Shown here in pieces: positions 1 to 9,833 of a DNA stretch of 35,487 nt; within the stretch, counting starts at the first letter, position 1; each line of letters starts with the position of its first letter. A program made the translations under genes and the position numbers. The notes below the pieces were generated by a model. That model was not told the origin of the DNA and searched no databases. It saw only the letters and a list, made by a program, of their open reading frames with translations. Source of the DNA: Candidatus Bathyarchaeota archaeon (GTDB lineage: Archaea > Thermoproteota > Bathyarchaeia > Bathyarchaeales > Bathycorpusculaceae); contig CAVZPM010000022.1 in assembly GCA_963777155.1 (NCBI GenBank), positions 1-35,487 on the forward strand. Direction: 5' to 3'.

Positions 1-1175
1 GGTTTTTTGGCTTTTTCCAACTCTTTTTTAAGCAGGTCAGCCTTGTCAGTCTTTTCCCAAGGGAACTCTACGTCTTCGCGGCCAAAGTGGCCAAAGACAG
101 CTGTTTTTTTGTAGATGGGCCTTAGCAGGTCTAGATGGTCAATTATTGCTTTAGGTCGCATATCAAAGTATTTCATGACCAAAGCTAAGATTTGTTCGTC
201 TGGGAGTTTGCCTGTCTCATTAGTGCTTACCAACACCGATATTGGTTGGGCAACGCCGATAGCGTAGGAAATCTGGACTTCACATTGTTCAGCTAATCCT
301 GAAGCAACGACGTTTTTGGCGATGTATCTTGCCATGTAACAGCCAGAACGATCGACTTTTGATGGGTCTTTGCCGCTGAAGCATCCGCCTCCGTGGCTTC
401 CAACTCCACCGTAAGTATCAACGATGATTTTTCTTCCTGTTAAACCTGAGTCGGCAAGGGTTCCACCAATGACGAATCTGCCAGTGCCGTTAATGACGTA
501 TTTTATGTCTTCAGCCAACATGTTTGGCGGGATTACATATTTAATGACCTTTTCGATTACATCTTTCTTTAGTGTCGCATCGTCGACTTTACCGTTATTC
601 TGTGCAGCAATGACTACGGTTTTTACGCATTTTGGTTTGCAGCAATCATATTCAACAGTAACCTGAGATTTGCAGTCAGGTCGAAGATAAGGCATGATTT
701 TTGTTTTTCTACATTCCGCTAGACGTTTAACAAGTTTATGCGCTAGTACAATGGGCAACGGCATGAGTTCTTTTGTCTCATTAGATGCATACCCAAAAAC
801 CATTCCTTGGTCTCCAGCACCTTGCTCGTGACCTTTAGACTCAGTTACTCCCATCGAAATGTCCGGAGACTGCTCAGTTAATGAAACTAAAACACCGCAT
901 GTTTCCCAATCCAAACCATCCTTTGCATTGTCAAACCCAATTTCCTGCAGAGTTTGGCGGACAATTTTTGGGATATTAACGTAGGAGCAAGTTGTTATTT
1001 GACCCGTAATCATTACTGTTCCCTGCATGACAAGGGTTTCACAGTCTACACGCGCTTTGGGGTCATGGGTGAATATTGCGTCTAAAACGCTGTCGGATAT
1101 TTGGTCTGCGACTTTATCAGGGTGACCTTCTCCAACTGATTCGGATGTGAACAAGTATCTTCCATTTTTTCTCAT
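1..1175 (-). CDS. metK: S-adenosylmethionine synthetase, bacterial/eukaryotic type; 3' end runs off the window
   Basis: Not in the ORF track. Manual minus-strand translation from ATG 1175 gives [28 protein letters not shown], then [36 protein letters not shown] and a C-terminal [12 protein letters not shown]...PWEK, all MetK signature motifs. Confidence 0.97.
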   Translation of the reverse strand, partial: MRKNGRYLFTSESVGEGHPDKVADQISDSVLDAIFTHDPKARVDCETLVMQGTVMITGQITTCSYVNIPKIVRQTLQEIGFDNAKDGLDWETCGVLVSLTEQSPDISMGVTESKGHEQGAGDQGMVFGYASNETKELMPLPIVLAHKLVKRLAECRKTKIMPYLRPDCKSQVTVEYDCCKPKCVKTVVIAAQNNGKVDDATLKKDVIEKVIKYVIPPNMLAEDIKYVINGTGRFVIGGTLADSGLTGRKIIVDTYGGVGSHGGGCFSGKDPSKVDRSGCYMARYIAKNVVASGLAEQCEVQISYAIGVAQPISVLVSTNETGKLPDEQILALVMKYFDMRPKAIIDHLDLLRPIYKKTAVFGHFGREDVEFPWEKTDKADLLKKELEKAKK

Positions 1176-1336
1176 TGGATTCTCTCTTCCGTTCAATCGT
1201 ATGATAGGCATAGTAACTTGCCATTTTTCTTAAAAGGCTTTCGACAATGCAGACAACTATTCGACAAACAAATTTAAGGCAGATGCTTTACAAAAACCAT
1301 TTTTAGTCCTAAACTAACAAACACAAAGGGATACCG

Positions 1337-1729
1337 ATGAAAAGAACTGTGATTAACCAAAATGCACCAAAACCCCTTGGTCCTTACAGTCAAGCTGTGG
1401 AAGCTGGAAATTTCCTATTTGTTTCAGGACAACTGGCTATTGATCCAATGGATGACAAACTAATCATTGAAAGCATCAAGCTTCAAACACAACAAGTTAT
1501 GGAAAACATTAAATCCATTTTGGAAGCTGCTGGCTATAACTTAAAAGATGTGGTTCAATCCACAGTATACCTTTCCTCAATGTCGTTGTTTGAAGAGTTT
1601 AACCGTGAATATGCCAAATACTTTAAGACTAATTTTCCCGCCAGAGTAACGGTTGGAATAGAACTCAAGTCAGGTGCACTTGTTGAGGTTTCTGTTGTTG
1701 CCTTCAAAAACCGACCTCTTCAATTTTGA
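1337..1729 (+). CDS. ridA: RidA/YjgF/UK114 family enamine/imine deaminase
   Basis: APKPLGPYSQAV, FVSGQL, FNREYAKYF, PAR (catalytic Arg) and LVEV motifs; 130 aa. Confidence 0.93.
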   Translation: MKRTVINQNAPKPLGPYSQAVEAGNFLFVSGQLAIDPMDDKLIIESIKLQTQQVMENIKSILEAAGYNLKDVVQSTVYLSSMSLFEEFNREYAKYFKTNFPARVTVGIELKSGALVEVSVVAFKNRPLQF

Positions 1730-1775
1730 CAAGTTATAAAAACCCTGTCACCTCTTTACTATTAACGTGCATAAC

Positions 1776-2402
1776 ATGGCATCGTCCCTCAAGAAGTTCA
1801 TGCAGGAAATTGCAGGAAAAAAAGCCCCAGGGCCATCAACCACCTTCACAATATTCCATGTTTTCTATGCTTTGGAGCTACTGTCGGAGAAACCGTTGGG
1901 CAGAAACAAATTAGCTGAAAAACTCAACGTTGGGGATGGCGCGGTGCGGACCATAATAAGTAGATTAAGAGAAGCCGCTTTGATTGAAACCTCTAAAGAA
2001 GGTTGCAACTTAACCCAAAAAGGCTTGGATATTTGGCGGCAATTTCAAGAAATCTTCCCTAAACGAGTTGAAATTCCAAGATCTGAATTGGCTCAATCTG
2101 AGTTTAATTTCGCTTTTCTAGTTAAGAAAAGTGGGCAAAAGGTAGAATCTGGGATTGACCAGCGTGACGCAGCCATTATTGCGGGTGCACGGAAAGCCTT
2201 AGTCATCGTTTTTAAGAATGGTCATCTGTGCATCGAATCCGTGAGCAATTGTATAGAAAAGCAATATCCTAAGGCTGCAAACCTACTTCTCAAGGAGTTA
2301 ATGCCCCAAGATGACGATGTTATCATTATTTCTGGCGCCGATTCATACCTGAAGTCTAAGCGTGGCGCGTTTGCTGCAAGTTGGTCACTGATCAGCGTTT
2401 AA
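1776..2402 (+). CDS. Winged-helix protein, probably DUF4443 family putative regulator
   Basis: N-terminal HTH (GRNKLAEKLNVGDGAVRTIISRL) and GIDQRDAAIIAGA in the C-terminal domain. ATG 1776 is preferred over GTG 1767. Confidence 0.7.
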   Translation: MASSLKKFMQEIAGKKAPGPSTTFTIFHVFYALELLSEKPLGRNKLAEKLNVGDGAVRTIISRLREAALIETSKEGCNLTQKGLDIWRQFQEIFPKRVEIPRSELAQSEFNFAFLVKKSGQKVESGIDQRDAAIIAGARKALVIVFKNGHLCIESVSNCIEKQYPKAANLLLKELMPQDDDVIIISGADSYLKSKRGAFAASWSLISV

Positions 2403-3160
2403 GTTGTGTATTTTTCTCCTTCGTTCAAAATGCGTTCAAGCATCGTGTTAACGTTTACCATGCCTTCGTTCGATTTAGATGAAACAGGCATCAACAGGAA
2501 CTTCAAGCCAAGTTTGTTGATAGCTTGCATCATGTTACGACTGAACAAGCGTTTCGTACCCTCGAGTCTTTCTTCAATGGCATCTTCCAATGCATTGGTG
2601 TTTGCAGACCAACTTGCAATAGCCTGTACGTCTTTTTTAGGTATCAAGTCGCTTTTTGAGAGAATATGTATTTGTGGCTGGAAAAACCTATTGTAAACTG
2701 CTGCGGACAAGAACATGTTTGAAACATAGTTTAATGGATTAATTGAGAAAACAGCGTCGAAGAGATAGATTAATGCTTTAGGCTCTTTGGTTAATTCGTT
2801 AACGATGTATGGGCCGCTTGCGCGGAAAGCAAACAGCTCCATTTGACCGGGAGTGTCCACAAGTACGATGTCTGCATGGGCTTCTTCGATGTCGCGGGTT
2901 AAGTTTTCAATCTCATCCGCTATCAAATCAGCAGCCATAACTAAAGCGCCGTTTGGACCTAAACCATATTTTTCCATTATGTTGCCAACCTCCACGTAGT
3001 TTCGGACATCAACATCTGGTTGGTAAGGCAGTTTTAATGCTCCAGGATCCAAATTGACCACGGCAACGTCTTGTTTTGACATTTTAAGCCATTCTGCAAA
3101 AGCTGCCGTGAAGAGGGATTTACCCGAGCCAGCAGTTCCAATAATAAACGCTAAGGGCAC
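2399..3160 (-). CDS. Archaeal GPN-loop GTPase
   Basis: GTAGSGKS P-loop, NLDPG, YGLGPNGA (GPN loop), DTPGQMELF, SKSD. Confidence 0.95.
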   Translation of the reverse strand: MPLAFIIGTAGSGKSLFTAAFAEWLKMSKQDVAVVNLDPGALKLPYQPDVDVRNYVEVGNIMEKYGLGPNGALVMAADLIADEIENLTRDIEEAHADIVLVDTPGQMELFAFRASGPYIVNELTKEPKALIYLFDAVFSINPLNYVSNMFLSAAVYNRFFQPQIHILSKSDLIPKKDVQAIASWSANTNALEDAIEERLEGTKRLFSRNMMQAINKLGLKFLLMPVSSKSNEGMVNVNTMLERILNEGEKYTT

Positions 3161-3521
3161 AGTATTATCTCCAATCTACCGACTATCATCTGTTGAGTAA
3201 AGAACCTTTCTGCTCTTTAGAACCCGTAAGTCTGTCTCGATTTAACATAGTTTTTGTAGATGACTAAGCGAAGATAATGAACTACTTTCTAGAGGGGTGC
3301 AATAATTGCCTATTTGGTAAGGCAAATTCCACCCCAAATGCTTCATCCCATTTTCGAACAATTCCCAAACAAAACCAACTCCTCAATAAATTGACGTATA
3401 TATAATCGAAGAAAACTTTCTTACCAATAGCTTTTTTGGAAAAAGCGATTAGGGTATCTATGGCCTCGCTTTTCTATAAGTGCCAAGTTTGAACACAAAA
3501 AGCGAAAAGAAAGGGTTTGGT

Positions 3522-4628
3522 TTATTGCTTTTTACCCATGGGGTTCTTGCGTAGTTCCGCAAGATACTTTGGGTCTTCCCGCAAGACTTTGGGTATATAA
3601 TTACATGCTGGGTCTGATTCGAAGAGGTCGCCAGTATAGTATTCTGCTCGTGTTCTGCATCCACCGCAGATTTCTCTGTATTCGCATACTCCACATCTGC
3701 CTTTAAGGTTACTTTTATCGCGAAGTTTGAGGTGGAAGTCGCTTTTTTGGAGTTGCTCCCATGCTGTACGTAGCTTTGTATCTTTGACGTTACCAATACG
3801 ATAGCCTTCATGGAAGCCGCAGCTTCGGTAGTCGCCGTTTTCTGTTATGCCGATGTAGTTACCGCCTATGGTGCATCTGCCCAAGTATCCTTCGTTAAAC
3901 CAATCCCAGAAGTCAACAGGGTTCTTCTGTTTGACTATACGTGCATAGAAGGGCGCATAAACATTGACTTTGACTTTACCATAGAGTTTACGTTGTATGT
4001 CATAGATTTCATTGAATGCTACCTCATACTGTTCGGAGGTAGGTGCGAGGTCTTCCATGTGTTCGCCTGCCCGTCCTACTGGCACGAGGTTGTGGTAGAC
4101 GACTGAGCGGGCTTTATATTCTTCTGCCAACGCCGCTGTATGTGCCATCTGGTGAATGTTATACTTAGTCATAGTGGTGACTAAGCAGTCAAGTAAGCCA
4201 ACGCTTGAGAGTTTCTTCATAGCGTGGAGGGCTTTATCGTAGCCGCCTTGGCGTCTTATTTTGTCGTTTGTATCTTTCATACCATCAATGCTGATGGCTG
4301 TTTTAACATTATATTTCCGTAGCTTATCAAAGCGTTCTTCATCCCATGCATAGCCGCTAGTGATCAAACTGACGTTGAGGTTATGTTTTTTCTCAGCATA
4401 CTCAATAATTTCCCAAATGTCTGGTCGAACCAGGGGCTCTCCGCCGCTGATTCCGAACCATTGCGAGCCGAATTCTGCCATTTCATCAACCATGTGTTTG
4501 GCTTGTTCGGTGCTTAGCTCTTGGTCTTTAGCGTAATCTTTAATGTAACTGCAATATGTGCAAGTACCAACACAGTTGCGGGTACATCGCCAAACAACCA
4601 TAAACAAGGGAGTTGTGGTTGGATTCAT
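3522..4628 (-). CDS. Radical SAM/SPASM protein (AhbC/AhbD/NirJ/PqqE-like)
   Basis: CVGTCTYC cluster motif, SGGEPL, SIDG, PVGRA, and SPASM cysteines (C..GG...C, CGVCEYREICGGCR, DPAC). Confidence 0.92.
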   Translation of the reverse strand: MNPTTTPLFMVVWRCTRNCVGTCTYCSYIKDYAKDQELSTEQAKHMVDEMAEFGSQWFGISGGEPLVRPDIWEIIEYAEKKHNLNVSLITSGYAWDEERFDKLRKYNVKTAISIDGMKDTNDKIRRQGGYDKALHAMKKLSSVGLLDCLVTTMTKYNIHQMAHTAALAEEYKARSVVYHNLVPVGRAGEHMEDLAPTSEQYEVAFNEIYDIQRKLYGKVKVNVYAPFYARIVKQKNPVDFWDWFNEGYLGRCTIGGNYIGITENGDYRSCGFHEGYRIGNVKDTKLRTAWEQLQKSDFHLKLRDKSNLKGRCGVCEYREICGGCRTRAEYYTGDLFESDPACNYIPKVLREDPKYLAELRKNPMGKKQ

Positions 4629-5005
4629 TTATTTCACAGTGGAAATAGTTTGCCCAGCTGATATAAAACTTACTCTATAAAATTGATTTTTTACTTTCTT
4701 CTAAAAACCGCAGAAAGCAATCCAATTTCACTAGTTAGAAGAAGAAAACAACGCGCACACACCTTTTCTTCTTCTTTTTAGAATATTCTGTCACCTCTAT
4801 TTGTTTTCACAACTGCCGATTAGAAGAAAAAATTAGTGTTTTCGGGGAAAAAACGACATTTCTTCTTTCGACTTAACCTGAAAACTTGCCACAGAACTTG
4901 TTCTACCCACGACCGGCTCAAGCCGTTTCCTTTGTCTTCTAGCCCATAGTTCAAGCTGAAAGGACAACAAGCACGCTAACCCCTTTTCTTTATGTCTTAA
5001 GGTTT

Positions 5006-5479
5006 TTACTCAGTTAAAACATTGATTTTGCGCTTACTTTGTAACAGCCCTTCCACGGTGAAAACCGCCAAAGCAAACCCAGTGATGATTGTCAGAAGGA
5101 AGAAGAAAACTTTGAACTCGTTTGTCTCAACCGAATAATGAAGGATTAAAATTATGATTTCAACAATTAAGATTGCGAGGAACACCGAGGCGTAAAGCCA
5201 CATCTTCAACCATAGACGGTTGCCAATCCATATTTGTCCTCGGATATGCGCTTTGCGTTTAACTGTGTATTCGCCATACTCGTTTTTCTGCAAATCTCCA
5301 AGATCTTCGAGCTTCTGCAGGTGTCTGTAAGCGACGCTGGGACTGCTAAGTCCGATACCCTTCATGACGTCGCGGGGACCAACAGGTTTGCCTTTATTGA
5401 CAGCGTACATGTACACGGCTAAAGTTGTTCCTTCCAGCGAACTGTTTTCCGTATTAGTCAAAGTGTTCCCGCTCCGCAA
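5006..5479 (-). CDS. Membrane-tethered winged-helix protein (HTH plus 2 TM)
   Basis: PVGPRDVMKGIGLSSPSVAYRHLQKL HTH followed by two hydrophobic helices; paralog at 33586..34017. Start uncertain. Confidence 0.8.
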   Translation of the reverse strand: MRSGNTLTNTENSSLEGTTLAVYMYAVNKGKPVGPRDVMKGIGLSSPSVAYRHLQKLEDLGDLQKNEYGEYTVKRKAHIRGQIWIGNRLWLKMWLYASVFLAILIVEIIILILHYSVETNEFKVFFFLLTIITGFALAVFTVEGLLQSKRKINVLTE

Positions 5480-5621
5480 TCAGAGATAGTTTGCTGTCTG
5501 GATGTATTAGGCTTTACCTAGAAGCAAGGTTTACTAGTTTGTGGTTGCTTATCCACTATCTCCGAAAGAGTTTAATATCTAAGACTTTAAATAAAATTCT
5601 TCATTTGAGAAGGTTAATCAA

Positions 5622-6737
5622 ATGAGTAATGAATCACCAAACGAACTAATTGTAAACCCAGCACCACACATAACAGGTCCAATGTCTAAAAATCGCATGA
5701 TGCAATACACTTTTTTCGCCATACTGGCAGTAACCATTGTTTCAATCGCGCTCTGGTCAGAAGTCACTACCCCCTCAGGATGGAATCTAGGCTTAACCGT
5801 TGCCATCGGCGCACTCATAGCAGTTGGCATAGCGGTCGCAGTCGACCTGCTTATCGGCAAAGTAACATCTGATAGCGAAGTAAACACTTGGTCCGCAGCA
5901 GTATTTGGTTTAATCGTCATTAACTGTTTTTCTCTCGGATTCCCAACAATGGCAGTCGGGTTAGAAACTGGGGTACCGGTTGAAGCACCCCTTGCGTTCT
6001 TCTATATCGCGTTAATCTCAGTCGTAGGCATCGTTGTCTTCAAGAAAGTCATGAGCCTCGCAGGCAAAAAACTGGTTAATCCTGCAGCAGCAGCCAAATT
6101 CCTCATCTTGCTCCCAACACTACCCGCAACACTCATCACAGCATTCCACCTAAAAACTGGACTTCTTCAAGTTCCAGCATTGGCAGGTGGAATCAGTGCA
6201 ACTTCCATCGTCAACGGAAACGGTGGCGCCACATTTGGCAGCTACTTACAAGCTTGCTATGGCTTGCCCACAGCTCAATCTCCGGCTAGTATCGAATCAG
6301 TTATGTTCTTAGCAAAATACCATGGATGGGTCGGTGGAGCATCCAGCATCGCAGTTATCATCGCAGGAATCGCGCTCTTTGTCTTAGCCCGCAAATACAT
6401 CAAATGGAAAATCACAGTCAGCTACCTTATCACCATCGCAGTTATGTCACTTGTATTCTCCTTCATCTATGTAGACGCAGATCTAACCACAAGATTATTC
6501 TTCGAGTTATTCATCGGCAGCTCAATATTCATGGCGTTCTTTATGGCAACCGATCCAGCGACAACACCATTTAGCGGAGTTGGACAAATCATCTTTGGTA
6601 TCGGTCTGGCAATTTTGACCATACTGATACAAACCTATATGAACTTCTTTGGCGGCTCACTGCTAGCGTTGCTCATCATGAACTTGACAGTTCCGCTTAT
6701 TGACCGTGTTCGCATAGGCAAACCCTTCGGGAGATGA
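5622..6737 (+). CDS. rnfD: RnfD/NqrB-family integral membrane subunit
   Basis: N-terminal PAPHI, SAAVFGL, VNPAAAA, AFFMATDPATTP, LLIMNLTVPLIDR and C-terminal FG. The stop overlaps the next start (ATGA). Confidence 0.85.
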   Translation: MSNESPNELIVNPAPHITGPMSKNRMMQYTFFAILAVTIVSIALWSEVTTPSGWNLGLTVAIGALIAVGIAVAVDLLIGKVTSDSEVNTWSAAVFGLIVINCFSLGFPTMAVGLETGVPVEAPLAFFYIALISVVGIVVFKKVMSLAGKKLVNPAAAAKFLILLPTLPATLITAFHLKTGLLQVPALAGGISATSIVNGNGGATFGSYLQACYGLPTAQSPASIESVMFLAKYHGWVGGASSIAVIIAGIALFVLARKYIKWKITVSYLITIAVMSLVFSFIYVDADLTTRLFFELFIGSSIFMAFFMATDPATTPFSGVGQIIFGIGLAILTILIQTYMNFFGGSLLALLIMNLTVPLIDRVRIGKPFGR

Positions 6738-8074
6738 ACAAAATGGCAAACTTAGTTGAAATAAAAGAACAGAAAGACCTTGCAAGAAAAACACCTATTG
6801 AAATCTTCCCTGACCCTAAAATCGCAGTCGTGTTAACCAACCAACAATCTGGGGCAACCAACACTCCCCTGGTTTCTGTTGGCGACAGCGTTGTCATCGG
6901 ACAAAAAATCGCAGACTCCAAAGAACGCATCAGCGCACCCGTCCACAGCCCAATCAGCGGAAAAGTCATAAAAATAGCGAACGTATACAATAGCTGCTTT
7001 GAAATGGCAACCGAAGCCGTTTACATTGAAGGCGACGGCAAGAAAACCAAAGATAAAACCTTAACTCCAATTTCTGAAGATGAACTCAAAGACACTTCAA
7101 ACGAAGTATTGCTGAAGCGTATCCGGGAAGCAGGTATCATCGGCATGGGAGGCGCAGGTTTCCCAACCAGCATCAAACTCTCCATCCCCGCTGATAAGAA
7201 AGTAACTACCATAATCGTAAACGGTGCAGAAGGCGAACCATATGACACTGCAGACGAACGCTTAATGATCGAGAAAACAGCAAACCTCGTGCGTGGAGTC
7301 CATGTTATACGCAAAATCCTTGGCAACCCAAAAGTTATAGTAGCAACTAAAGATAGCAAAGTTGAAGCTATACCTAAACTTCAGGAAGCCTTCGGTAAGG
7401 AGCCAGAAACCCAAGTTATCGCAAAGCACCTAACCTACCAACAGGGCGACGCAAGCGTCCTGCAAAAAGCAATCCTTGGCTACGAAACACCTCCCGACAA
7501 ACGCAGCTACGAAATGGGTACAATAGTGCAGAACGTCTCAACCTTAAACGCCATCGCAAATGCCGTTTTCGAAGGTGAACCACTAATATCCAGAGTCATC
7601 ACACTAAACGGTGACGTCGCAAAACCCAAAAACCTACTGGTGAAAATTGGCACTCCGATATCTGACATACTTATCCAAAACAACATTAATACAAAGGACA
7701 TCGGAAACATAGTTGTCGGCGGAGTAATGATGGGAACCGCTCTCCAAACAATCGACGCACCAGTAACCAAACGAACCTCAAGCATAATCTACTTCACAAA
7801 AAGCACCGTTAAGAAAATTAAAAAATCTACAGCGTGTATTCACTGCGGAAGATGCCTCAATGCTTGTCCAGTACGTCTACAACCCATAGCAATCTACAAT
7901 GCCGTAATAAAAGGCGACTTCGCAAAAGCTGAAAAACTCTGGGCCAAAGACTGTCTAGTATGCGGAACATGCTCGTTTGTCTGTCCATCACGACTACCCC
8001 TAGCTAGCGACCATCAAGATGGCGCGTCAATAAAAAACTCCCCCTTTATCTTTTCTTTTATTTTTCTATTCTAA
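6734..8074 (+). CDS. rnfC: RnfC-like flavin/2x[4Fe-4S] oxidoreductase; probable true stop at 8033 after a +1 frameshift
   Basis: PLVSVGDSV, SAPVHSPISGKV, AGIIGMGGAGFPT, NGAEGEPY.TAD.RLM, GGVMMG, CIHCGRCLNACP and CLVCGTCSFVCP. Confidence 0.9.
   Translation: MNKMANLVEIKEQKDLARKTPIEIFPDPKIAVVLTNQQSGATNTPLVSVGDSVVIGQKIADSKERISAPVHSPISGKVIKIANVYNSCFEMATEAVYIEGDGKKTKDKTLTPISEDELKDTSNEVLLKRIREAGIIGMGGAGFPTSIKLSIPADKKVTTIIVNGAEGEPYDTADERLMIEKTANLVRGVHVIRKILGNPKVIVATKDSKVEAIPKLQEAFGKEPETQVIAKHLTYQQGDASVLQKAILGYETPPDKRSYEMGTIVQNVSTLNAIANAVFEGEPLISRVITLNGDVAKPKNLLVKIGTPISDILIQNNINTKDIGNIVVGGVMMGTALQTIDAPVTKRTSSIIYFTKSTVKKIKKSTACIHCGRCLNACPVRLQPIAIYNAVIKGDFAKAEKLWAKDCLVCGTCSFVCPSRLPLASDHQDGASIKNSPFIFSFIFLF
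8034..8072 (+). terminator. C-rich then T-rich archaeal terminator-like tract
   Basis: aaaaactcccctttatcttttcttttatttttct follows TAA 8031-8033. Similar tracts follow the stops at 8869 and 9849. Confidence 0.5.
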
Positions 8075-8156
8075 TTGCGGACTTCAATTGATTGTGTTAT
8101 TCGTACAGTTACTTGTGTGAAGTTATAGCAGGTCGCCGTTGGGTGTAAAAACAAGC

Positions 8157-8209
8157 AAGCATTAAGCTTATAAACACGTCACCACGTAAAATAAGTCAAG
8201 GGATAAAAA
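8157..8209 (+). promoter_or_regulatory. Putative TATA promoter and leader, duplicated at about 9144-9198
   Basis: aagcatta(a)agcTTATAAA...gtaaaata...aagggata.aaaTTG is conserved in front of both tandem genes. TTATAAA lies at 8168 and 9156, 42-43 nt before the starts. Confidence 0.6.
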
Positions 8210-8869
8210 TTGGAAGAAAACAAATTCAAGTTATCGGACATCTTCGGCGGCATTATCATTCCAATGATTCTAGTAATTCTCATTTATGTTCTCGCGGTTT
8301 ACGTCAACGTCGGCGGACAGCACCACGTTCTCGGCGCAACAAACACGATCGCGGTCATTCTTGTTAATGGCTTTGCAGAAATGATTATTCTCGGTATCCC
8401 ATTGGTTTTAGGCTTGCTATGGAATAAGTGGGCAGGTGGAGCTGCAGGCTTCGTCATGGGCGGCCTTTATTACGTAGCGCAAGCAGGTCAATATAACGGA
8501 ATTTATGCAAGTGCGGGTGTAACTACTTACAACTTCTTTGGCGACGTCAGCATGCTTTACTGGATTGTCTACGGTGTTATCATCGGTTACATGGCTGGCG
8601 CACTCAACAATGGATCTACAAACTTCAAACGAATGCTCCTCTCAGGTTTGACTGCTTCGGTGATAGTCTCAGTACTCAAAGCTTACTTGAATTACACTAT
8701 CTCACTTGACCCCGCAAGACAGATGGCTCAAGATTCTTGGAAAGTAGACCCGGTATTGGCTGTTGTAACTAATTTCGTGCCACTAATTGCATTAGGCGTA
8801 ATCGTACCGATACTCGGCAAAGTAATGACCTGGTATGGCATTCAGCCTCAAAAGCATTCAGCCTATTAA
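8210..8869 (+). CDS. Multi-pass membrane protein, possibly ECF transporter S-component-like (copy 1)
   Basis: 219 aa, about 6 hydrophobic segments, small-residue helix LGLLWNKWAGGAAGFVMGGL. The family call is an inference. Confidence 0.75.
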   Translation: MEENKFKLSDIFGGIIIPMILVILIYVLAVYVNVGGQHHVLGATNTIAVILVNGFAEMIILGIPLVLGLLWNKWAGGAAGFVMGGLYYVAQAGQYNGIYASAGVTTYNFFGDVSMLYWIVYGVIIGYMAGALNNGSTNFKRMLLSGLTASVIVSVLKAYLNYTISLDPARQMAQDSWKVDPVLAVVTNFVPLIALGVIVPILGKVMTWYGIQPQKHSAY

Positions 8870-9833
8870 CCTCCCCCAACTTCTTTTCTTAATAAATCTA
8901 TTTTGAAATCTGAAGCGCCAAAGTTTTCCTCACAGTTTTTAAGTATTCATACGTAACATAGTATCAATCGGTTTCACTCTGTTTCTACGCCTGTCTCGGC
9001 GAAAATAGCAGAGGGAACTTCGAAGAAAAAATTCGTGTCTTCTTATGGTATAGAGATTGGTCATGTTAGGCTACAGAAATAGTGGCGCTTCTTGGGCGTT
9101 ATTTTCAATTTGCATGGATACAAATTCTTTGAAGAAAGCTTTCAAGCATTAAAGCTTATAAATATGCCATTATGTAAAATAGAGGTAAGGGATAGAAATT
9201 GGCAGAAAACAAACTTAACCTATCAATAATCTTCGGCGGCATTATTATTCCATTAATTCTAGCATTACTCATCTATGTTCTCGCGGTTTACGTCAACGTC
9301 GGCGGACAGCACCACGTTCTCGGCGCAACAAACACGATCGCGGTCATTCTTGTTAATGGCTTTGCAGAAATGATTATTCTCGGTATCCCATTGGTTTTAG
9401 GCTTGCTATGGAATAAGTGGGCAGGTGGAGCTGCAGGCTTCGTCATGGGCGGCCTTTATTACGTAGCGCAAGCAGGTCAATATAACGGAATTTATGCAAG
9501 TGCGGGTGTAACTACTTACAACTTCTTTGGCGACGTCAGCATGCTTTACTGGATTGTCTACGGTGTTATCATCGGTTACATGGCTGGCGCACTCAACAAT
9601 GGATCTACAAACTTCAAACGGTTGCTTGGCGCAGGTTTGACTGCTTCGGTGATAGTCTCAGTACTCAAAGCTTACTTGAATTACACTATCTCACTTGACC
9701 CCGCAAGACAGATGGCTCAAGATTCTTGGAAAGTAGACCCGGTATTGGCTGTTGTAACTAATTTCGTGCCACTAATTGCATTAGGCGTAATCGTACCGAT
9801 ACTCGGCAAAGTAATGACCTGGTATGGCATTCA
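8285..9833 (+). repeat. Direct duplication with 989-bp offset (8285-8844 vs 9274-9833)
   Basis: The two copies read identical by eye except for one block of about 12 nt (aatgctcctctc vs gttgcttggcgc). Confidence 0.95.

Noticed and set aside
424-666. 80-aa plus-strand ORF
   Set aside because: It is the antisense shadow of metK. The other short ORFs nested in long genes are rejected for the same reason.
1241-1267. Short direct repeat ttcgacaa between divergent metK and ridA
   Set aside because: It is only two 8-bp copies in AT-rich DNA, too weak to call an operator without comparative data.
8285-9833. Repeat as a mobile element, CRISPR array or diversity-generating retroelement TR/VR pair
   Set aside because: Both copies are full genes, the differences are not adenine-specific, and there is no reverse transcriptase, transposase or repeat-spacer periodicity.
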